The notes: a model not told the origin generated them from the sequence alone. Counted from the first letter of the stretch, positions 53,916 through 62,846 are shown. The stretch is DNA of 64,000 nucleotides from an uncultured Chloroflexia bacterium (GCA_963728205.1 CAVSIV010000001.1:896001-960000), one strand, 5' to 3'. Numbers and translations: made by a program.

Positions 53916-53922
53916 GAGGCTC

Positions 53923-54000
53923 GCTTCGACCGGCGCTCGGTGAAGGCGCCGGTATCGGGCTCCGTGCATCACGCGCGCGTTCACCGCGCGCCGCTCGAAC
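53923..54000. repeat. Family A palindromic element
   Basis: GCTTCGACCGGCGC.CGGTGAA / TTCACCG.GCGCCGCTCGAAC. Confidence 0.75.
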
Positions 54001-54044
54001 GCGGCATGGCGGCCCACTACCCTCGCAGCGAACGGAGCCGCCGG

Positions 54045-55151
54045 ATGGACATCTACGAGCGCATCGGCGTCCCGACCGTGATCAACGCGGCCGGCAAGCT
54101 GACGGCGCTCGGGGGCACCGCGCAGGCGGCCGAGGTCGCGGAGGCGCAGGCCGCCGCCGCGCGCTCGCACGTGGACCTCGCCGGGCTGCGCCGGCGCGCG
54201 GGCGAGCTGGTCGCACAGCACACCGGGGCGGAGGGCGCGTCGGTGACGACCGGCGCCGCCGCGGGGGTGGTGATCGCGATCGCGGCGTGCGTGGCGGGCA
54301 GCGATCCGCGACGCGTGGCGCGGCTGCCCGACTGCGACGGCTGGCCGAACCGCGTGCTCGTCCAGGCCGGTCACTGGGTCAACTTCGGCGCGCCGGTCGA
54401 GCAGATGGTGCGCCTCGGCGGCGGCCGGCCGGAGCTGGTGGGCGACGTCAACAACGTGCCCGAGGAGCGGCTCGAGGCCGCGCTGGGCGACGGCACGCCC
54501 GTGGCGGCGCTGCTCTACGTGCAGTCGCACCACGCGGTGCAGGAGCGAATGGTCTCGCTCGCGCGCTGCCTGGACCTCGCGCACGCCGCGGGCGTGCCGG
54601 TGGTCGTCGACGCCGCCGCGGAGGAGGACCTGCGGCGGTACGTCGCGATGGGCGTGGACCTCGTGGCCTACTCCGGCGGGAAGGCCTTTGGCGGGCCGAC
54701 GGTCGGCTTCGTCGCCGGGCGGCGCGACCTGGTGGAGGCATGCGAGGCGCAAACGCATGGCATCGCGCGGCCGATGAAGGTGGGCAAGGAGCAGATCGCC
54801 GGACTGCTCGTCGCGCTGGAGCGCTATGCGCGCGACGACGAGGCATCGGAGCGCGAGCGCCGCCGCGGCGTGAACGCGATCGTGCAGCGCGCGCTCGCCG
54901 ACGCCGGCGAGGCGGAGCACTTCATTCGCATGGACGAGGCCGGGCGCCCGATCGAGCGCGTGGCGATCCGCGCGCGGGCCGGCGCCTTCGACGTGCGCGA
55001 GCTGGTCGCGTTCCTCGCCGACGGTTCGCCGAGCATCCGCACGCGCAACCATCACCTCGACGACGGGATCGTGCTGATCGACCCCCGCGAGGTGACGGAG
55101 CCGCAGGCGGAGCAGATCGCCGCGCGCCTGCGCGCGTTCTTCAAGAAGTAG
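54045..55151 (+). CDS. DgaE-like (SelA-related) PLP-dependent ammonia-lyase
   Basis: VINAAGKLTALGG, TGAAAG, GHWVNFGAPVEQM, SHHAVQ, VDAAAEEDL, YSGGKAFGGP, IARPMKVGKE. Confidence 0.85.
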   Translation: MDIYERIGVPTVINAAGKLTALGGTAQAAEVAEAQAAAARSHVDLAGLRRRAGELVAQHTGAEGASVTTGAAAGVVIAIAACVAGSDPRRVARLPDCDGWPNRVLVQAGHWVNFGAPVEQMVRLGGGRPELVGDVNNVPEERLEAALGDGTPVAALLYVQSHHAVQERMVSLARCLDLAHAAGVPVVVDAAAEEDLRRYVAMGVDLVAYSGGKAFGGPTVGFVAGRRDLVEACEAQTHGIARPMKVGKEQIAGLLVALERYARDDEASERERRRGVNAIVQRALADAGEAEHFIRMDEAGRPIERVAIRARAGAFDVRELVAFLADGSPSIRTRNHHLDDGIVLIDPREVTEPQAEQIAARLRAFFKK

Positions 55152-55168
55152 CGCGGTCGCCCGCGGGC

Positions 55169-55253
55169 TGCTTCGAGCGGCGCCTGGTGACGGCGCTGAG
55201 TCGAGGCGTTTCGCGGATGCCGGGTGCTCAGCGTGTCCATCACGCGCCGCTCG
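55169..55253. repeat. Family A element, left flank of erm-like gene (contains its stop codon)
   Basis: Near-identical to the reverse complement of the element at 56130-56226. Confidence 0.85.
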
Positions 55254-56067
55254 GACCGCCGTCCGTGCCGTTCGCGCCGCCGACCATCTGCCACGCGCGG
55301 AACACGCCGAGCCACTGGTCGAACGACAGCGCGGTCGGCGCGGCCGCGAGGTCGATGCGCAACTCCCGTGCGAAGCGGGCGATCTGCGCGGGCGTGAACG
55401 GGCGGCGCAGCGCGCCGCGCACCGTGGGCGGGCCGCCGAGCGCCGATGCGATGAAGCGCGCATACGTCGCCTCCTCGGTCGCGCGGAGCAGCGGGCGGTC
55501 GCGGCGCGCGAGCCAGAGCACGGCGCAGTCGACGCGCGGGGGCGGATCGAAGTCGGTGCGGTGCAGTCGCCGCGCGATCTCCACGTGCCAGCGCGGCTTC
55601 AGCAGCAGCGAACGCAGCGTCTCCGGCGCGTACGGTCCCCCGGCGAAGCGCTCGGCGGCCTCGCGCTGCACCACGAGGTACGCGTCGCGCGGCGGTCGCT
55701 CCGCGTCGGTGAGCCGCCGCACAATGCGTGTCGTCGACGCGAACGGCACGTTGCCGACGACGCGGTAGTCGTCGCCCGGAAGCGGCACGTCGAAGAAGTC
55801 GCGCGCGATCACCTCGACGTGTGGCGCGTCTGCGAACGCAAGGCGGAGCGCGGCGGCCAGGCGCGGGTCGAGCTCGACCGCGAGCAGCCGCGCGCAGCGC
55901 GCGGCGAGCGGCCGCGTCAGGGCGCCGGTACCCGCCCCGATCTCGACGACGAGATCGGCGGGCTCGACCGGCGAGCGAGCGATCAGATCAGCGGCGAGGG
56001 CGCCCCTGCGGAGGAAGTGCTGACCGAGATCGGCGCGTCGCGCAGCGCGGCGCCGCACCCCGGACAC
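55240..56067 (-). CDS. erm: Erm-like 23S rRNA adenine-N6 methyltransferase (putative MLSB resistance)
   Basis: LGQHFL, VEIGAGTGALT, VELD, VVGNVPF, VVQREAA, FDPPPRVD, LSFDQW. Looks closer to Erm than to KsgA; start uncertain. Confidence 0.75.
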   Translation of the reverse strand: MSGVRRRAARRADLGQHFLRRGALAADLIARSPVEPADLVVEIGAGTGALTRPLAARCARLLAVELDPRLAAALRLAFADAPHVEVIARDFFDVPLPGDDYRVVGNVPFASTTRIVRRLTDAERPPRDAYLVVQREAAERFAGGPYAPETLRSLLLKPRWHVEIARRLHRTDFDPPPRVDCAVLWLARRDRPLLRATEEATYARFIASALGGPPTVRGALRRPFTPAQIARFARELRIDLAAAPTALSFDQWLGVFRAWQMVGGANGTDGGPSGA

Positions 56068-56086
56068 GGATGACCATCACAGACAT
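55988..56086 (-). promoter_or_regulatory. Putative erm leader ORF MSVMVIRVRG... (32 aa) overlapping erm out of frame
   Basis: GAGAGGGAG 6 nt before ATG 56086; TACACT -10 at 56119-56114; R-V-R at codons 7-9. Confidence 0.55.
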
Positions 56087-56129
56087 GCGGGGCTCCCTCT
56101 CGGTGCGCGTGGGAGTGTACATGCCCGGA

Positions 56130-56226
56130 GCGTGCTTCGAGCGGCGCGTGATGGACGCCCTGAGCACCCGGCATCCGCGCAACGCCTCGCACTCAGCGCC
56201 TTGACCAGGCGCCGCTCGAAGCACGC
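56130..56226. repeat. Family A element, right flank of erm-like gene
   Basis: Perfect 18-bp terminal IR GCGTGCTTCGAGCGGCGC / GCGCCGCTCGAAGCACGC. Confidence 0.88.
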
Positions 56227-56229
56227 TTC

Positions 56230-56901
56230 CTATGCCCGTGCGGCGGCCACCGCCTCGACCGCCGCGCGGAACCCCGCCTCCAGCCGCGGCCAGTCGCCGG
56301 CGGCGATCGCGTCGCGCGGGAAGAGCGCGCCGCCGATGCTCAGGCACACCGCGCCGGCCTCGACGTACGCGCGCACCTCGGCGGCGTCCGCGCTCACGCC
56401 GCCGCTCGGCATGATCGGTGCGTGCGCGAACGGGCCGAGCAGCGCGCGCACCGCCGCCGGCCCACCCAGCTCGCGCGCCGGGAACAGCTTGAGCAGGTCC
56501 GCGCCGGCCTCCAGCGCCGCGCTCAGCTCGGTCGCTGTCGCGACGCCGGCGGCGTACACCGCGCCGCGTCGCGCGCACAGCCGCGCGACGTCGACGTTGA
56601 GGTTCGGCCCGACGATGAACCGCGCGCCGGCGTTCACGTACTGCGCGGCGGTGGCAGGCTCGGTGACGGTTCCGGCGCCGAGCACGAGCGACGGCAGGTC
56701 GCGCCGCGCCTCCGCCGCGAGCGTGGTGAAGACGTCGACCGCGCTCGGCCCGCGGTTCACGAACTCCAGGACCGTGCAGCCGCCGACGACGGCCGCCCGC
56801 GCGATCGTCGCCGCGGCTGCGGCGTCGTCGACATAGAAGTTCGGCATCACGCCGACGCGGACGATCTCGTTCAGCGTCGCGAGCCGCGGTGGGAGCTTCA
56901 C
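56230..56901 (-). CDS. eda: KDPG/KHG aldolase
   Basis: LEFVNRG, LGAGTV, GARFIVGP, LKLFPA, IMPSGGV; GTG start overlaps the upstream gene's stop (GTGA). Confidence 0.88.
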   Translation of the reverse strand: MKLPPRLATLNEIVRVGVMPNFYVDDAAAAATIARAAVVGGCTVLEFVNRGPSAVDVFTTLAAEARRDLPSLVLGAGTVTEPATAAQYVNAGARFIVGPNLNVDVARLCARRGAVYAAGVATATELSAALEAGADLLKLFPARELGGPAAVRALLGPFAHAPIMPSGGVSADAAEVRAYVEAGAVCLSIGGALFPRDAIAAGDWPRLEAGFRAAVEAVAAARA

Positions 56902-57770
56902 GCGCGTGCCTCCACCGGTACGCGCTCGACCGCGACGCGCTCGAAGCGGTAGCCGTGCTCCACGCGCGACAGCCGCCCGACGGTGAGGATCGGGAAGTGC
57001 CCACCGGAGACGAGCGCGTCCTCGCGGATCGCGCGCTCGGCGAACGCCCGGCGCGACGCCACGGCGCGCGGCGGGTCGAGGTCGAACACCGGCGTCCATT
57101 CCGGGTGCTCGAGGTGCGCCACGTTCGGCGCGGCGTCGCCGGTGAGGAACAGACGCTCGCCCTGCGACTCGATCAGCACCGAGCAGTGCCCGGGCGTGTG
57201 GCCGGGCGTCGGCACGAACGTCATCCCCGTCCGCGGCGAATACTCGCCGTCGAAGGTCTCGAGCAGGCCGGCGTCGCGCACCGGCAGCACGCGCGACCGC
57301 GAGAACCGGTTGCCGGGCGTGTCGGGCGAGCCGGGGTCGTCCAGGTACGCGACGTCCGCCGCGTGCAGGAAGAAGATCGCGTTTGGGAATGTCAGCGGAC
57401 CGCCATCGTCGTGCGTGTTCCAGCCGACGTGGTCGCCGTGGAAGTGCGTGAGCAGGACGGTGTCGACGTCGTGCGGGTCCACGCCGAGCGACGCGAGGCG
57501 GTCGAGCAGCCCCGCGGCACCCTCGTGCCGGCCGCGCGTGCGCTCGCCGTTGCCGGTGTCGATGAGCGTCGTGTGGCCGGCGCCGCGCACGAGAAACGAG
57601 CCGAAGTTCACGGGCAGCGTCGCGCGCGGGTCGACGGCGCCGACGGCCGTCATCCACGCGGCGTCGTCGACGCCGGGAAACCAGTCGGACGGCTGCTGTT
57701 CGCCGACGCCGTCGGACAGCGCCGCGACGTGGAGTGCCCCCAGGCGGAACTGTTCGACGAGCGTACTCAT
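56898..57770 (-). CDS. Metallo-beta-lactamase-fold hydrolase (lactonase-like)
   Basis: LIDTG, THFHGDHVG, PGHTPGH, TGD, GHFP; strong SD GGAGGAG. Confidence 0.88.
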   Translation of the reverse strand: MSTLVEQFRLGALHVAALSDGVGEQQPSDWFPGVDDAAWMTAVGAVDPRATLPVNFGSFLVRGAGHTTLIDTGNGERTRGRHEGAAGLLDRLASLGVDPHDVDTVLLTHFHGDHVGWNTHDDGGPLTFPNAIFFLHAADVAYLDDPGSPDTPGNRFSRSRVLPVRDAGLLETFDGEYSPRTGMTFVPTPGHTPGHCSVLIESQGERLFLTGDAAPNVAHLEHPEWTPVFDLDPPRAVASRRAFAERAIREDALVSGGHFPILTVGRLSRVEHGYRFERVAVERVPVEARA

Positions 57771-58036
57771 ACCGCTCCTCCTCTCTCTTTTCGTGTGACG
57801 GCCTGGGCGCCGACTGGCACGGATGCTCGGTGGCAGGCACCAACGGGCGGTGAGATTGACGCCGGTTGTATCACTCACCGCTACCCGCCGAGGGCGCGGG
57901 CGTGATGTGCCGCGGTGAGCATCGCCGAAGTCAGGCACCCGGCCACTCGATCACGGGCACAGAAATGACGTGCGTGTTGACGCGGGAGCCCCCGTGCCTA
58001 CGGTCGCGCTCCCTCGACCCGGCGGAGGGAGGTTCG

Positions 58037-58639
58037 ATGCGCCGCCGGATGCTTCCCGCGCTGGCCGTGTGCGTTGTCGCCCTGGCGCTCGTCGTGCCCG
58101 CTTCGTCGGACGCGGACGGCCCGACCGCCGCCGCGCCGCCGTCGCTCCGGGTGCTCTTGCCCGGCGGCATCGGGATCCTCTTCGCCCCGCTCCCGGTGAA
58201 CATCGTGTTCGTCGGCTACGCGCCCGGCGACGGCGCCCGGGAGATCGACGTCGCCCGACCTCGACAGCATGGGCCGCTGGATGACCATCGGCTACGTGAA
58301 CGAGGCAGCGCCGACGCGCGGGCGGAGGACGCCGCGGTCGTGTCCGCCGACCAGTCCGCGCTGCGCGCGCTGATCGCGTACCAGCAGATGGACTACCAGG
58401 CGGCCGCGTCGTGGGCACAGGACGCGTACGACGGGCTCGTCGCCGCCGCCGGCCGCCTGCACGTGCCGGTCGAGCCCGAGGCGGTGCCGGCCGACGCCAA
58501 GGCGCGCAGCCCGGGGCGATTCTTCGTCGATCCCGTCAACCCGTACACCGGCCTCCGGCGGGAGACGGGGCCGATCGCCTTCGACGCGCCGGCAACGCTC
58601 CCCGACGAGCCGCTCGGCTGGTACTACCCGCGTTCGTAG
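58037..58639 (+). pseudogene. Secreted hypothetical protein, probably internally deleted
   Basis: Signal peptide and PVNIVFVGY, then an abrupt junction near 58255 with a protein-like stretch (DLDSMGRWMTIGYVNEA) in another frame. Confidence 0.45.
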
Positions 58640-58799
58640 TGCAACCTCACCGCCGCCGGCTCGGCGCGCGCCGTGGCGAATGCCCGAACGAATCGACATC
58701 CTGCCCGTTGGAACTACCAGGCACGGCCGTCCGGCCCTGCAGCCCGACCCGCCGCAGAGTCGGGCGGTGCGTGTCCTCCTGCTTCGATACTCGGGCGCC

Positions 58800-59603
58800 C
58801 TAGGCCAGCACCTGGACCGTCAGCCCGCCGTCGGCGACAAGGGCGGCCCCCGTGACGAACGACGCGTCCGGCGACACCAGGAACGACACGCACGCGGCGA
58901 TCTCGTCCGGCGTGCCGACCCGCCCCAGCGGGTGCATCGCCTCCAGTTCGTCGACGTTCCGCACGTTCGGGTACGCGATGTCGCGCTGCGCCATGCGCTG
59001 CGCGGTGTCCTCGCGGTCGTGGACGCGGATGTGCCCGGGGCAAATGCAGTTGCAGCGGATGCCGTCGCGCGCGTAGTCCAGCGCGATGTTCCGCGTGAGG
59101 TTGATCACGCCGCCCTTCGCCGCGTTGTACGCGGCGGCCGCGCGGTGCGCGGCGAAGCCCTGCACGCTCGCGATGTTCACGATGCGCCCCCCGCGCCCGC
59201 GGTCGAGCATGTGCGGGATCGCGTACTTCGCGCCGTAGAACACCGACGCGAGCGTCGTGTCGATCACGAAGCGCCAGTCGTCGAGCGACAGCTCGTGCAC
59301 GCGGCCGGGCCGCGCGCGGCCGGCGTTGTTCACGAGCACGTCGATGCGCCCCATGCGCTCGACCGCCGTGTCGATCATCGCGTCGACCTGCGCGGGGTCG
59401 GACACGTCCGTGCGCACGAAGAACGCCGCGTGCCCGGCCTCCGTGAGCGCGCGCTCCGCCGCGCGGCCGCTGTCCTCGTCGATCTCCGCCAGCACGACCG
59501 CGTAGCCGTCGGCGGCGAGCCGGCGCGCCGTCGACAGCCCGATGCCGTGCCCGGCGCCGGTGACGACCGCGACCTCTTGCTCGTCGGTGGATGGGTTCGC
59601 CAT
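58800..59603 (-). CDS. Short-chain dehydrogenase/reductase
   Basis: TGAGHGIG, NNAG, IASVQ, YNAAK, CPG, DGG. Confidence 0.92.
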   Translation of the reverse strand: MANPSTDEQEVAVVTGAGHGIGLSTARRLAADGYAVVLAEIDEDSGRAAERALTEAGHAAFFVRTDVSDPAQVDAMIDTAVERMGRIDVLVNNAGRARPGRVHELSLDDWRFVIDTTLASVFYGAKYAIPHMLDRGRGGRIVNIASVQGFAAHRAAAAYNAAKGGVINLTRNIALDYARDGIRCNCICPGHIRVHDREDTAQRMAQRDIAYPNVRNVDELEAMHPLGRVGTPDEIAACVSFLVSPDASFVTGAALVADGGLTVQVLA

Positions 59604-59637
59604 GCGTTGCCTCCGTTGCGCTACCGCCGGACCATTC

Positions 59638-59724
59638 GCTTCGAGCGGCGCCCGGTCAAGGTGCTGGGCGGGCACGCTTCGCGCACACAGCGACTCGGCG
59701 CCCCGGCCAGGCGCCGCTCGAAGC
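59638..59724. repeat. Family A palindromic element between divergent genes
   Basis: GCTTCGAGCGGCGCC / GGCGCCGCTCGAAGC. Confidence 0.85.
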
Positions 59725-59760
59725 AGGCTCTTGCTACAGTCGCCGCCGGAGGAGGCGCCC

Positions 59761-61008
59761 GTGCCCGCGTTCCGACCGCTCGAGGGGGTCCGCGTGCTGT
59801 CGATGGAGCAGGCGGCGGCGCTGCCGTTCGCGACGCGCCACCTCGCCGACCTCGGCGCCGAGGTGATCCGCGTGGAGTCGCACCTGCGGCGCGTCGGCCT
59901 CAGCGAGCCCGATCTCTTTCGCAACAAGCGCCGGCTCGGGATCGACCTCGGGGCCGACGGCGGGCCCGCGGTGTTCCTGCGCGTCGCGGCCGGCTGCGAC
60001 GTCGTCGCGCACAACTTCACACCGCGTGTCATGCGCAAGTACGGCATCGACTACGAGGGCGTGCGCACCGTGAACCCCGGGGTGATCTACGTCTCGCTGA
60101 CCGGCTTCGGCACGACCGGTCCGTGGGGCGAGCGGCCGCTCTTCGGTCCCGGCGCCGAGGCCATCTCGGCACAGAACGTGATGATCGGCGAAGCGGGGGC
60201 CTGGCCGGCGCGACCCGGGACCATCGTCTACGCCGACAACACCTGCGGCATGAACGCCGCCTTCGCGATCCTCGCGGCGCTCGACGAACGCGAGCGCACG
60301 GGGCGCGGCCAGCACATCGACATCTCGCTGTACGAGACCGCCGTCAGCCACATCGGCGCGGCGGTCGCGGAGCGCGCGTTCGGCGGGCCGCTGCCGGAGC
60401 GCATCGGCAACGCCGACACGCGGTGGGCGCTGCACGGCGTCTTCGCCGCGGCCGGCGCCGACCGCCACGTCGCGATCGCGGCGACGGACGCGCAGCTCGC
60501 CGTGGTCGCGCGCGCGCTGGGCGTGCCCGCGGCCGACCCGGAGCACGTCGCCGCGGCCGTCGCTGCGCGCGATGCCGAGGCGGTGGCGGACGCGCTGCAG
60601 GCGGCGGGCGTGGCCGCGGCGGCGGTCGCCGACGCGGCGATGCAGGCGGCGGACGCGCACCTGTGGGCGCGCGGATACTTCGGCGTGCTCGGCGACGGCG
60701 ACAACGCACACCCGCACGCCGGCCCCGCGTGGGGCGGCGGCGCGGACGTCGCGATGGTCGCGCCGCACCACCTGGGCGAGGACAACGCGGCCCTGCTGCG
60801 CGCGGCCGGCTACGCGGACGGCGAGATCGCGGCGCTCGCGGCCGCCGGCGTCGTGGGCGCGCTGCCGGCGCCGCCGACGCGCGACCGCGCCGACACGGAG
60901 ACGCGCATCGAGCGCGGCGAGCTGGCGCGCGTCGACGCGGAGCATGACGGCTGGCGCGCCGCGCGCGCGGCCGCCGCGGGCGGCGCAAGCGAAGCGCCCG
61001 CGCGATGA
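59761..61008 (+). CDS. Class III CoA-transferase (CaiB/BaiF), catalytic-type subunit
   Basis: PLEGVRVL, LADLGAEVIRVE, RNKR, HNFTP, TGFGTTGP, YAD, TGRGQHIDISL, LGEDN. Confidence 0.88.
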   Translation: MPAFRPLEGVRVLSMEQAAALPFATRHLADLGAEVIRVESHLRRVGLSEPDLFRNKRRLGIDLGADGGPAVFLRVAAGCDVVAHNFTPRVMRKYGIDYEGVRTVNPGVIYVSLTGFGTTGPWGERPLFGPGAEAISAQNVMIGEAGAWPARPGTIVYADNTCGMNAAFAILAALDERERTGRGQHIDISLYETAVSHIGAAVAERAFGGPLPERIGNADTRWALHGVFAAAGADRHVAIAATDAQLAVVARALGVPAADPEHVAAAVAARDAEAVADALQAAGVAAAAVADAAMQAADAHLWARGYFGVLGDGDNAHPHAGPAWGGGADVAMVAPHHLGEDNAALLRAAGYADGEIAALAAAGVVGALPAPPTRDRADTETRIERGELARVDAEHDGWRAARAAAAGGASEAPAR

Positions 61009-61635
61009 CGCGCGCCCTGCCCGACGCCGCCGCCGTCGCGCGCGAGCTGCTCGCGCACGCGCGCACCGCGTTCGCCCCGCCGGCGCTCGCGTACGCCGGC
61101 GGTGCCACGCGCGCCCGCCGCGAGGCCGCCACGCAGAACACGCTCGCCGCGCAGGGCTACCCCTGCGCGCGCGTGATCGACATCGGCGACGCGGCCACGA
61201 TCGCACAGCGACTTCCACCCGCTCAACATCCTCGTGCAGGGGACGCGCGTGACGGGCGTGCTCGACTGGGGCGGCGTGGCGGTCGCCGACCCGCACTACG
61301 ACGTCGCGTGCACGATCGTCCTCAACCTCTGGGGTCCGGCAGAGATCCCGCGCGTGCTCGCGCGGCCGTTCGCCGCGATGCGCACCGCGCTCAACGCGCA
61401 GTACCGCCGGGCCTACGCGCGGCTGCGGCCGCTCGACGACCACCGGCTCGCCTACTACGAGGCGTTCGCCATCGCCGTCCGCCTGTACGAGGTCGCGGAG
61501 GCGCGGGCGGCGGGCGGGCACAGCGCGTGGGACCAGCCCGGGCTGCCCGACCGGCTCGCGCGCCGTTTCGCGGCGCTCACGGGCGAGGCCGCGGCGCCCG
61601 GGGCCGGTGCAGAGCCGGAGGTGACATGGCTGTGA
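61005..61635 (+). pseudogene. Degenerate phosphotransferase (APH-like) remnant
   Basis: Fragments RREAATQ...GYPCARV, then, after a frameshift near 61204, HSDFHPLNIL...VLDW...DPHYD. Much shorter than a full APH. Confidence 0.65.
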
Positions 61636-62786
61636 GGCGCGACGACGAGCGGCGGCCGCGCGCGCTCGACGTCGCGACCGGCGTCGGCGCGGCGTACACG
61701 ACGAAGCTGCTCGCGGAGGTGGGCTGGGACGTCGTGAAGGTCGAGCCGCCGGGCGGTGACCCGCTGCGGACGCGGCCGTCGCGCTGGGGCGGCGGTCCCC
61801 CCGCCGGAGCCGCATCGGCGACGGGCGCCGGCGGGGCGTTCGCGTTCGTGAACTACGGCAAGCGCGGGGTCGTGGCCAGCGGCGATTCGCTCGCGGCACT
61901 CGGCGCGGCCGCCGACGTCGTCGTCGGCGACTTCTCGCCGGCGGGCTGCGCGGAGTCGGGCGTGCCGCGCTCCGCGTTCGACGCGTTCGCGCCGCGCCGC
62001 GCGGTCGTCTCCGTGACGCCGTTCGGGCTGCTCGGCCCGCGTGCGGGGTGGGCGGCGAGCGACATGGTGGTGCAGGCCGCGAGCGGGCTGATGTTCCTCA
62101 CCGGCGAGTGGGACCAGGCGCCACAGCAGCTCCCGCCGTACGCCGCCGCGATGGCCGGCGGCGTTGCCGGCGCGGGCGCCGCCGTCGCGGCGACGCTCGC
62201 CGCGCGACGCTCCGGCGAGCGGCAGCGCGTCGACGTCGCGATGGTCGAGGCGCTCGCGTCGCACACCTACACGCCGACGAGCGGCTACGTGTACCGCGGC
62301 GAGGTGCCGCGCCGCGAGCAGCGCGTGAAGCAGGGGCTGCGCATGGTTCCGGCGAGCGACCGCTTCGTCTATTGCGCGCCCGGCGCGGTCGCGACGATGG
62401 ACATGCGCGGCGTCGCCACGCTGCTCGACGAGCCCCGGCTCGCGGAGGATCGCTTCCAGACGGCCGAGGGCCGCATGCAGCACTGGGACGAGTTCCTCGC
62501 GCTGTTCGTCCCGCCGTTCGAGCGGCGCACCGCGCAGGAGTGGTTCGAGGCCGCGGAGCGGCTGCACCTCACGTTCGCGCTGGTGCAGACGGTCGACGAC
62601 CTGTTCGACTGCCCCCAGCTCGATGCCCGTAGAATGCTGCGCGAGGTCCCGGGCCCGCGAGGGGCGAGCGTGCGGATCCCCGGCCGGCCCTTCAGGCTGG
62701 AGGGGGGCCCGCCCGAGGCGAGCCGTCCCGCGCCGGCCACGCCGGGCGAGCACACCGACGAGGTGCTCCGGGAGTGGCTGGAGTAA
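61626..62786 (+). CDS. Class III CoA-transferase, apparently lacking the catalytic Asp
   Basis: VVKVEPPGGDPLR, NYGKR, SVTPFGLLGP, QAASG, PGEHT; YAAA sits where the catalytic Asp is expected. Confidence 0.85.
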   Translation: MAVRRDDERRPRALDVATGVGAAYTTKLLAEVGWDVVKVEPPGGDPLRTRPSRWGGGPPAGAASATGAGGAFAFVNYGKRGVVASGDSLAALGAAADVVVGDFSPAGCAESGVPRSAFDAFAPRRAVVSVTPFGLLGPRAGWAASDMVVQAASGLMFLTGEWDQAPQQLPPYAAAMAGGVAGAGAAVAATLAARRSGERQRVDVAMVEALASHTYTPTSGYVYRGEVPRREQRVKQGLRMVPASDRFVYCAPGAVATMDMRGVATLLDEPRLAEDRFQTAEGRMQHWDEFLALFVPPFERRTAQEWFEAAERLHLTFALVQTVDDLFDCPQLDARRMLREVPGPRGASVRIPGRPFRLEGGPPEASRPAPATPGEHTDEVLREWLE

Positions 62787-62798
62787 GAACCCCCCGTC

Positions 62799-62846
62799 AA
62801 GCGGCGGCAGCATGCCGCCGATGCGATCGGCGGCATCCTGCCGCCG
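62799..62846. repeat. Short family B doublet
   Basis: AAGCGGCGGCAGCATGCCGCCGAT / ATCGGCGGCATCCTGCCGCCG. Confidence 0.75.

Noticed and set aside
54045-55151. SelA (selenocysteine synthase), given selB in the window
   Set aside because: At ~368 aa it is short for SelA, lacks SelA-type motifs, and has DgaE-like motifs and gene context.
52597-56226. Integron cassette array or CRISPR array
   Set aside because: Elements lack the attC RYYYAAC/GTTRRRY ends, no integrase or cas gene is present, genes are not all co-oriented, and there is no repeat-spacer periodicity.
62516-62530. Family A motif inside the CoA-transferase gene
   Set aside because: Short match encoding F-E-R-R with no partner arm; likely chance.
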